A DNA stretch of 37,218 nucleotides, taken from NCBI GenBank assembly GCA_002725955.1, contig PBRN01000273.1, positions 1 to 37,218 of the forward strand, in the 5' to 3' direction. Within the stretch, counting starts at the first letter, position 1. Every line of letters starts with the position of its first letter. This DNA is from Pseudobdellovibrionaceae bacterium. GTDB taxonomy: Bacteria > Bdellovibrionota_B > Oligoflexia > Oligoflexales > Oligoflexaceae. Made by a program: the position numbers and the translations under genes. The notes beneath the pieces were generated by a model. The model searched no databases. It was not told the origin of the DNA and saw nothing but the letters and a program-made list of their open reading frames with translations. Positions 1 to 6,799 of this stretch are shown piece after piece.

Positions 1-750
1 ATTACCATGAGCTTTTACTTGTTTGCTGAGGATATCTTTGTTGATAGCAATTTGCATCATACCTACAGGGTCGAACAACCAGACATTCGTCCCAGATGAA
101 CCGGGCGCACCATTTTTCTCCGCATACCTTAGAAATCTGCGAATATTGTCGGCATAATCTTCTTCCGTTGTAACTAAATGGCTAAAGCGGCCACAGACAT
201 CCCCACTAGTAAATTGGACAATAATATCATTGGGCAATGCACCATCCGTTCTTTGTAGAATTCTATCTAACTGGACGATAGCCGAATTACTGCGCGCACC
301 GTCCTGAGCGGCGATCAATATCTGAGAACCTTGATATCCCATTTGCCGGGAAAGTAAATAAGACCAACTAAAAGTTTCATAGTCTAAAAAACGATGCTGA
401 ACACCGTGCATCAAGGTTTTTAATATCCAGTCCCCTCCTCCAACAAATTCCCGAGGGCTAGCAGATAGCCTAACCGGAGGCGCTAAGTCTGATGCCCTGG
501 CAAAGCCCAGTTCATTAATAAGTGATTTCTGTTCGTCAGTTGGCTGCATTTTTTCTTTGCCGGTAAATATCGCCAGCAAGGCATCGGCGTCATAAGCTGC
601 TGTGGACCATGCCGCTGCTCCCGTAGTGAGGTCGTCACCAATGATTCCTATCTGATCACTGCCATATGAGGCTGTCGCTGGTGTAAACGGTAGCAAAGTA
701 AGTACCAAGTAAAACCGATATTTTTTAAGATTCTTGAGCTTAAGTGTCAT
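1..750 (-). CDS. Secreted hypothetical protein, N-terminal 250 codons only (the gene runs off the left edge). It has a weak GDSL/SGNH-like block I with Asp in the Ser position.
   Basis: Absent from the ORF track because it is truncated by the window. I checked the minus frame triplet by triplet: there is no stop from the ATG at 750-748 down to base 1. The translation begins MTLKLKNLKKYRFYLVLTLLPFTPATASYGSDQIGIIGDDLTTGAAAW. That is a signal-peptide-like N-terminus followed by IGIIGDDLTTG, which resembles the GDSxxxG block. Confidence 0.6.
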   Translation of the reverse strand, partial: MTLKLKNLKKYRFYLVLTLLPFTPATASYGSDQIGIIGDDLTTGAAAWSTAAYDADALLAIFTGKEKMQPTDEQKSLINELGFARASDLAPPVRLSASPREFVGGGDWILKTLMHGVQHRFLDYETFSWSYLLSRQMGYQGSQILIAAQDGARSNSAIVQLDRILQRTDGALPNDIIVQFTSGDVCGRFSHLVTTEEDYADNIRRFLRYAEKNGAPGSSGTNVWLFDPVGMMQIAINKDILSKQVKAHGN

Positions 751-939
751 AGTGATTTCCTTAGATCAAAACATTCCAGATTATGATCAGAAATCGTTAT
801 CTCCACAATAGAAATGGCGAGTGGGCAGCTAAAAATTAGTCAAGGGTTACATTTCACCTGTTTGACATAGGCCTTTACCGGTAAGACTTATGGTCTTCTT
901 GATGAATCTATAGACAGTGAACGTCAATTAAGCATGTTA

Positions 940-1896
940 TCAAAAGCTGAAACCCATGTAGGCACGTGTGTACAAGGTTTCACCACTGTATTTTTCAGAG
1001 GATGCGGGTACCACCAAATTTTCATTTTCGCTGGAGTCATTGATAACATTATCAGTCGAGCTTGCCCTTGTTAAAGAAACCATGGCCCCAAACCAATCCA
1101 CCCCTAGATTAAAATTAGAAAACTCCCACTTATTGCCTACTCCTAAGTCAATCACCAGGTCTCGTCTATCCTCATCAAATAGAGGACTTGCATTAGCCCC
1201 CTTCTCTGCTTCAAGGGAACCCGAGCTTTCTATTTGCCTATAGCCAATACCTGAATTCGAATAAAAGGTATTCGTCCAAAACTTCTTCAGTCTGATGGAG
1301 GCTGATCTGGTTACTAACTTGGTTGTCACGGAACCTACCGCTGCGTTTTGTACAGGCTGTGCTGCTAGAAAAGTACTGCCAGTGGCGGTATTCATTTCTA
1401 ACAGCCACCGCGGTTTTATGGAAATGCCAAAGGTGATTCCTAAAGTTGGAACTGGGGCGACGGCCGTACCCAACTCCATATCTACCAAAAATTTTCTACT
1501 CCCAAGCCATGCTTTTACTGAAGATGGCGATGTGAGGTTTACTTTGTTTTTGGCATAGAAATCGGCAATGTTTGATCCCGTAGCCGCGACTAGTTTCAGT
1601 TTTTTACTATTTTTGATATTTTGCCAGCCATGCTCTACCCTAATCACAGCACGATTTGCTCTCACCTTCCTCACCTCACCAAGAGCCTGTTTGGCGCTTT
1701 TTTTGTCTGTCATCAAAAGTCTCATGCCTTCTGGAACTAGAGATTTCTCAAATTTTTTTAATCTCACCACCACCAATTGGCTGGATTCTCTGAACAGGCT
1801 GACAGTGGCGGCGAAACTGCTAACACTAAGTATTTCGACCAGACAAAGGGTTAGAATCAGCTTTTTAAAAACAAACGAAAGGATAGACATGAGCAA
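940..1896 (-). CDS. Putative outer-membrane beta-barrel protein
   Basis: 318-aa ORF with an N-terminal signal peptide (…KKLILTLCLVEILSVSSFAATVS). The C-terminus (…TLYTRAYMGFSF) has alternating hydrophobic residues and a terminal Phe, typical of BAM substrates. It is co-oriented with the secreted-protein gene at 1-750, 189 nt upstream of it. The three plus-strand ORFs opposite are shorter shadow ORFs. Confidence 0.6.
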   Translation of the reverse strand: MLMSILSFVFKKLILTLCLVEILSVSSFAATVSLFRESSQLVVVRLKKFEKSLVPEGMRLLMTDKKSAKQALGEVRKVRANRAVIRVEHGWQNIKNSKKLKLVAATGSNIADFYAKNKVNLTSPSSVKAWLGSRKFLVDMELGTAVAPVPTLGITFGISIKPRWLLEMNTATGSTFLAAQPVQNAAVGSVTTKLVTRSASIRLKKFWTNTFYSNSGIGYRQIESSGSLEAEKGANASPLFDEDRRDLVIDLGVGNKWEFSNFNLGVDWFGAMVSLTRASSTDNVINDSSENENLVVPASSEKYSGETLYTRAYMGFSF

Positions 1897-2098
1897 ACTC
1901 CTGTAAAAACAGCTTATGAAAAACTATTCGACAAGTGGCTCGGTTTCTCCGGCTGGAAAATTTAAATATTTTTTATCAGGACAATTTATCTTTATTTATT
2001 AGTAGGGTACAACCATGTAGTCGCTTTTAATTCATGCTAGAACGGATTTTCTCAAACGTATTCAATGTCTTTCATGAAGCCCAAGAAGGAGTCTAAAT

Positions 2099-2425
2099 AT
2101 GGCCCGTTTATATAAAATCTGTTTTTTCTGCCCTCCCAGCCATACGGAAATTGTTAAAGAAGCTATGTTTAGTTCTGGCGCAGGTAAGATCGGTCAGTAT
2201 CAACGTTGTTCGTGGCAAGTCCTAGGAACCGGTCAATTTGAGGCTTTAAAAGGAGCACAGCCTTTTTTAGGTCAAGTAGGAGATCTCGAAACAGTTGAGG
2301 AATATAGGGTTGAAATGGTTTGTGAAGAGGCTTTTTTGGAAGACACTAAAAAGTCTATGATTGATAGCCACCCATATGAAGCTCCCGCATGGGAAATATA
2401 TGAAATATTTGCGGGAGCTCAGTAA
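2099..2425 (+). CDS. YqfO/NIF3-related small protein (stand-alone ~100-aa domain)
   Basis: LYKICFFCPPSHTEIVKEAMFSSGAGKIGQYQRCSW…GTGQF…GAQPFLGQVGDLETVEEYRVEMVC…HPYEAPAWEIYEI matches the family pattern I remember (vvfVP…aGAG.iG.Y..csf..G.G.F.p..ga.P.iG..G..e.v.E.r.E…HPYEepa). Confidence 0.75.
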   Translation: MARLYKICFFCPPSHTEIVKEAMFSSGAGKIGQYQRCSWQVLGTGQFEALKGAQPFLGQVGDLETVEEYRVEMVCEEAFLEDTKKSMIDSHPYEAPAWEIYEIFAGAQ

Positions 2426-2447
2426 TGATCAGAGCTGTCACTGAACT

Positions 2448-2843
2448 TTACTCAGCCCAGCCACCCTCGGGGCGCTTTTCATAAACTCCCTTTAGGAAGG
2501 TCGTACAAACGAACTGAGGCATCCCATTGGTATACATAGCAACCACACCGTTACTCTCTCCTTCGTTAGAGATGACACAACGGGTGTCGTAGTCGACTAC
2601 GGCGCATACTTCAGTATTATAAGATGGTGGGATATCCTCTTTCGACTGGCTCTGACAATAATCTTGCTTCTGACCTTCGGTCCATTCACCGTCAAAGTTG
2701 GCACAACCAGCAGCCCACTTACCCTCAAATTGACAACTAAGGATAGGTGCTTCTTCCGCTATAGCTGACAATGAACCAAATCCTAAAAATAAGCTGATAC
2801 CCAAAGCACGGGTGATCGTGAGAAGATTTTTCTGCTTCATCAT
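2448..2843 (-). CDS. Secreted cysteine-rich protein (6 Cys), function unknown
   Basis: 131 aa. The signal peptide is MMKQKNLLTITRALGISLFLGFGSLSAIA. The mature part carries 6 Cys and several Trp and acidic residues. I recognise no family. It is divergent from the RiPP operon. Confidence 0.55.
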   Translation of the reverse strand: MMKQKNLLTITRALGISLFLGFGSLSAIAEEAPILSCQFEGKWAAGCANFDGEWTEGQKQDYCQSQSKEDIPPSYNTEVCAVVDYDTRCVISNEGESNGVVAMYTNGMPQFVCTTFLKGVYEKRPEGGWAE

Positions 2844-3094
2844 GATTCTCCTAATGTATTATTTGTCCTGCCGTAGTTAGAATTGATTCTGTGCGAACTG
2901 TCAAGTTCAATAAGTTTAGTAGTATAGAAAAATAGACATTACGGAAAGATGACAAAAAAACTAAGCTCAGATCAAGAAATCGAAAAATAATTTAGCACCG
3001 GCCTTAGATCGCTTGCATGCCATCATTTATAGGATCTCATCACCATGAAGACAACATCACAAGAGAGCTAGTTTGCAGCTCCTTAAAAATTAAG

Positions 3095-3122
3095 TTGCTA
3101 TTAACATTGTAATCTTTAAAAT
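3095..3122 (+). promoter_or_regulatory. Candidate sigma70-type promoter for the RiPP operon
   Basis: TTGCTA (3095-3100), a 16-nt spacer, then TAAAAT (3117-3122), about 50 nt upstream of the ATG at 3172. This is a by-eye hexamer match in AT-rich DNA. Confidence 0.3.
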
Positions 3123-3171
3123 CTGAGTGTCGAAATCTTTTGTTTTCAGATAATTGCCTAAGGAGAACTCA

Positions 3172-3438
3172 ATGGATGCCCGCAAGAAAAAATTATTAGT
3201 TACCGCAGCTCTCACTGGTATTTTTGCTGCAGGAGGACTATCTTCCCCCTTGATGGCTAAAAGTGTTAAAGGTCAATGCCACGGTGTGAATGGCTGTAAA
3301 GGTAAAGGCGATTGCTCAGGCAAAGGCTATACTTGTGCAGGAAATAATTCATGCAAAGGCAAAGGCTGGAAAAAAATGACTGAAAAACAATGTAACGCCG
3401 AGTTAAAGAAAAAAGGCTTCTATTTTAAGAAGGGATAA
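3172..3438 (+). CDS. bufA: Bufferin-type RiPP precursor (DUF2282-like, Sec signal peptide, 6-Cys core)
   Basis: I prefer the ATG at 3172 (AAGGAGAA Shine-Dalgarno 5 nt upstream) over the TTG at 3154 in the track. The 88-aa product is MDARKKK-LLVTAALTGIFAAGGL-SSPLMA | KSVKGQCHGVNGCKGKGDCSGKGYTCAGNNSCKGKGWKKMTEKQCNAELKKKGFYFKKG. The pattern C-[YH]-G-V … D-C … C-A-G … W … C matches my memory of DUF2282, and there are two extra Cys in CKGKG repeats. A DUF692 gene follows 3 nt downstream. Confidence 0.8.
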   Translation: MDARKKKLLVTAALTGIFAAGGLSSPLMAKSVKGQCHGVNGCKGKGDCSGKGYTCAGNNSCKGKGWKKMTEKQCNAELKKKGFYFKKG

Positions 3439-3441
3439 CCC

Positions 3442-4371
3442 TTGTTTGGAGTTGGACTTAGACCAACACATTATCCATATTTAGAGGAAAAGCCCAAGAT
3501 CGAGGTTGATTGGTTTGAGGGCATTTCTGATAATTTTATGAATACTGAAGGGCGACCGATGACGATGCTTGAATTAGTTCGAGCAGATTATCCTGTCGCT
3601 CTTCACGGTGTAGGCCTATCCATTGCCGAAGATGGCATGATCAACCCGGTTTACCTGCAACGCCTCAAGACCCTGGTTGATCGCATTGAGCCCATACTAG
3701 TTTCCGATCATTTGTGCTGGACCCGCGGGGGCAAGCACCATCTCCATGATTTACTGCCTGTACCTTATACCACCAGTGCCATTGATATTATCGTGGAAAG
3801 GTTAGAGCGTGTTCAGGAGTATTTAGGTCGCCAGATTATAATGGAAAATGTCTCTAGTTATATTGGTTTTGCCGAGTCTGAGATGCATGAATGGGAATTC
3901 ATTAGCGAAATAATCCAGAGAAGCGGCTGCGGTCTTTTACTTGATGTAAATAACGTTGTCGTGAATGCGCGAAATCACAGATTTCTACCGCAGCACTTTA
4001 TTGATGGGATACCTATTGATGCGGTAAAACAAATTCATCTTGCTGGTCATGAAGACCTAGGAGAGATTCTTTTTGATACCCACGGCGCACCTGTTAGTAA
4101 AGGAGTTTGGGACCTTTGGGAATATACTAGTGAAAAGCTAATGCAAAATATTTTTGACACTGAACCTTGTCACTTAAAAGCTAAACAGAAAACGATTCCT
4201 GTGATCGTTGAATGGGATCAAAACATTCCTGATTTTGAAACCCTGCAAAATGAAGTCATATTAGCTAAAAGAATTTGGGAACGCACCTATGAGGACAGAA
4301 CCATTAGCCCAATTGCAAAAACAGTTTACACAGGGGATTCTTTCGGGGAAACCCAGCACGGATTTACTTAA
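3442..4371 (+). CDS. bufB: DUF692 / MNIO (multinuclear non-haem iron oxidase) family RiPP-modifying enzyme
   Basis: The TTG start lies 3 nt after the precursor stop. No ATG exists upstream of the conserved GVGLRPTHY N-terminus. Family motifs are present: VDWFEGISDNFM, YPVALHGVGLSI, VSDHLCW, LLPVPYT, IIMENVSSY, GCGLLLDVNNVVVNARNH, IHLAGHE, FDTHGAPV and VIVEWD. Confidence 0.9.
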   Translation: MFGVGLRPTHYPYLEEKPKIEVDWFEGISDNFMNTEGRPMTMLELVRADYPVALHGVGLSIAEDGMINPVYLQRLKTLVDRIEPILVSDHLCWTRGGKHHLHDLLPVPYTTSAIDIIVERLERVQEYLGRQIIMENVSSYIGFAESEMHEWEFISEIIQRSGCGLLLDVNNVVVNARNHRFLPQHFIDGIPIDAVKQIHLAGHEDLGEILFDTHGAPVSKGVWDLWEYTSEKLMQNIFDTEPCHLKAKQKTIPVIVEWDQNIPDFETLQNEVILAKRIWERTYEDRTISPIAKTVYTGDSFGETQHGFT

Positions 4372-5050
4372 TGTCCTAGTACCCGGCGGTTCAATAGCAT
4401 CTGCTGAACAGGCTTTCAATGTATACCGCGGCAACTATATGGCAACTCTGACCGAAGTCCTAGGAGAAAACTTTCCCGCTATTTGGCGTGTCGTTGGTGA
4501 TGATAAATTCTTTGAACTCTGCCGTTCTTATATAGAAGTTAATCCTTCAGTTTCCTACGATTTGTCAGACTATGGAGATGACTTCGGTCAGCATATACAG
4601 CAAATTAGCGGGGACGAATGGCCGTTTCTGGAGGACCTCACTCAATTCGAATTAAACTTCAAATATGTTTTCCATTGTTTATATGAAACCTATGACTTAT
4701 CGAACCAACCTTTGGGCCAAAGCAGTGAAGTTACCCTAGCTAATCACTGTAGGCTTTCGGCTGGCGATATCAAAATATATGATATTTGGCTGGCGAGAGA
4801 CCTGGATGATCCAGATTGGGATAGCATAGGCTTAGAGCCAGGTTACTATTTGATTTTCAAAACATCTGCTCAAAATATGAAAGTAGTTGAACTTGAATCA
4901 TGGCAGTTCCTATTGGGCCAAGCATTAGAAAACTATCCTTTGGGTGAAGCTCTTGCTGTCGTCATGGGGGATTGCCCAGAAATGAATCAGGAAGACATTG
5001 GACCATTTTTTTCATTTCTTACCGAAAATCATCTGATAAACTTAAGATGA
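4289..5050 (+). CDS. bufC: DUF2063 family MNIO partner protein
   Basis: The N-terminus (LAQLQKQFTQGIL … AEQAFNVYRGNYMATLTEVLGENFP) fits the DUF2063 pattern (lQ.af..al … l.vYrn.v…L...fP). It lies immediately after DUF692, as in known MNIO operons. The next in-frame Met would delete this conserved N-terminus, so the 83-nt overlap with the DUF692 ORF appears real. Confidence 0.8.
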   Translation: MRTEPLAQLQKQFTQGILSGKPSTDLLNVLVPGGSIASAEQAFNVYRGNYMATLTEVLGENFPAIWRVVGDDKFFELCRSYIEVNPSVSYDLSDYGDDFGQHIQQISGDEWPFLEDLTQFELNFKYVFHCLYETYDLSNQPLGQSSEVTLANHCRLSAGDIKIYDIWLARDLDDPDWDSIGLEPGYYLIFKTSAQNMKVVELESWQFLLGQALENYPLGEALAVVMGDCPEMNQEDIGPFFSFLTENHLINLR

Positions 5051-5096
5051 TATAAATATAAGTCCCCTATAACTTATCCCTGTCTAGTCGTGGGCC

Positions 5097-6755
5097 TTAT
5101 ATCTCTGTAGCCTCAACCTTTTCCCACATCTTAATAAAACCCTCGGCTGATCGAAATAATGGAGCTAGGTCTTCTTCGTTCATACCGATGTTGCTCATGT
5201 CAGCAATAAAATCGGGGATCATGCCCACATTAGACATACCATCGAAATTAATATCCATCGCCTTTTTGCCAATTTGAAGCCTGTTAAAAGAAATGCTGCC
5301 ATCATAGGAAATAAATGGATACTCAACGGGGTTTCTTTGTTCGGCAACTTGCTCGGCATTTCCACCACAACCTTTTTCACCAAACCTAGCTGAAGGCATG
5401 GTAATCATACCGTTGAGATCTGAACCAAAAGCAACGGAAGGGTATAGGCTCCACCTTTCACTTTTGTCTTTAGCGTAAAGATATGACTGAGCCCAGCTTC
5501 GGATGGAGTAGTCGCAATTGTGATCAATTTTACCCCAGGCAACACTATTCTTCTGGCTTGTCTTTGGGAAAATAGGAGCGACCATACCTCCTAACTGCAG
5601 AATCCTTTGAGTCTGTTCTTCGGTTTTTTTGTTTTCCGCTCGGCTAGATCCTTTTGCTATATCGAGGAAACCGGTATGTGAAGAAACTAATGGATAATTA
5701 TGATCTTCTGCTAAATTCAAAGCCTGATCTATTCCATACTTACTCATATGATCAGTATCAATAATCATTTTATGTTTCATCAGAAGAGTCAAAAAAGACC
5801 TTCCAAAATCTGATAAACCGCGGCTGTTGCAGTGCCCATCAAATTTGCCCAAAGATGTAATTTTAAATTCAATACCCTCTGCTGAGCAATCCCGAGCCTT
5901 AAACAACTGCCCTTGACCAAGCAGATTACCTAAGGTCAAAACCCCTGTTTGATAGATGGCCGCTCCACTGAAGCCATTATCAAATAAATGGACCGGGAAG
6001 ACATGACTCACCCCTTTCCGCTTATATTCCAACAAGGATTTTTCTACTTCTGCGAAATTGCATTTTTCTAATTTACAATCAAATAGTGAATCAACTTCAA
6101 TGCCTAAAACGACTGCTAATTTACCATTCTTAATAACATCGCGAGCCTCTCTCGATGATTTGACAATTCGAAACCACCCTAGCCCTTTGCCCCCTGCTTG
6201 TCTATCAATGTAATCTTGTAGATCATAAGCCGCTTCTATTTGCCGATCTACCAGAACCATATCATTACAACTTGATTTTTTTTCTTTTGGCACCAGCTTA
6301 CAAAGTACTTCATTATTTACAGCATGGATCACAAGTAAACGCAGCCCGCCCCGAAAACTACGTTCAATCCACTCGTAATACATAGTTTGTCTATTGACTT
6401 GATCATTCTGTGACCAATTACCCAGGTTTTTCCGATCTGATTTTTTACCATTGGGTCCATCTCCCAAGGCAAGTTCGGCAACTCTGACTATAAGACGATC
6501 AAATATCGAATAAGAACTATATGACAGTGCTTCTTCTATACCTTTCTCGTCAAAGGGTTTCCCCTCAAAAAATTTACCGCCGAATGCTAGATTGGCAAAC
6601 AAGTGAGTATGTATGTCCGCATAGCCGAATATTTCTTGCTCGAGACCACTTCCATCAATAGATTTCCCGAGACTTGTGATAGGTAGAATTAAGAACACAA
6701 AAAATACAAGCCGTTTCACTTGCCCGTTTGGTTTTATTCTTATTGTTTTACTCAT
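5097..6755 (-). CDS. Secreted amidohydrolase-fold protein, distant membrane-dipeptidase (peptidase M19)-like
   Basis: Signal peptide: KRLVFFVFLILPITSLG. The motif order parallels M19: ADIHTHL (metal HxH/HxD position), VVLGIEVDS (…EG…), GVSHVFPVHLFDNGFSGAA (GvRyltLtHn.dN), GLSDFGRSFLTLLMKHKMIIDTDHMS (GLt.fG…mlvDlSHvS), PLVSSHTGF (PviFSHSs) and AFGSDLNG (giGsDfDG). At 552 aa it is much longer than typical M19 enzymes. Confidence 0.55.
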   Translation of the reverse strand: MSKTIRIKPNGQVKRLVFFVFLILPITSLGKSIDGSGLEQEIFGYADIHTHLFANLAFGGKFFEGKPFDEKGIEEALSYSSYSIFDRLIVRVAELALGDGPNGKKSDRKNLGNWSQNDQVNRQTMYYEWIERSFRGGLRLLVIHAVNNEVLCKLVPKEKKSSCNDMVLVDRQIEAAYDLQDYIDRQAGGKGLGWFRIVKSSREARDVIKNGKLAVVLGIEVDSLFDCKLEKCNFAEVEKSLLEYKRKGVSHVFPVHLFDNGFSGAAIYQTGVLTLGNLLGQGQLFKARDCSAEGIEFKITSLGKFDGHCNSRGLSDFGRSFLTLLMKHKMIIDTDHMSKYGIDQALNLAEDHNYPLVSSHTGFLDIAKGSSRAENKKTEEQTQRILQLGGMVAPIFPKTSQKNSVAWGKIDHNCDYSIRSWAQSYLYAKDKSERWSLYPSVAFGSDLNGMITMPSARFGEKGCGGNAEQVAEQRNPVEYPFISYDGSISFNRLQIGKKAMDINFDGMSNVGMIPDFIADMSNIGMNEEDLAPLFRSAEGFIKMWEKVEATEI

Positions 6756-6799
6756 AAATCATCCTTGATAAATGGGTCAGACAAGTAGGAATATGATAT

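Noticed and set aside
968-1906. Three plus-strand ORFs (968-1243, 1295-1558, 1568-1906) opposite the OMP gene.
   Set aside because: They are fragmented, low-complexity (Ser/Leu/Pro/Thr-rich) translations lying antisense to one continuous 318-codon ORF that has a signal peptide and a beta-barrel C-terminus. They are typical shadow ORFs.
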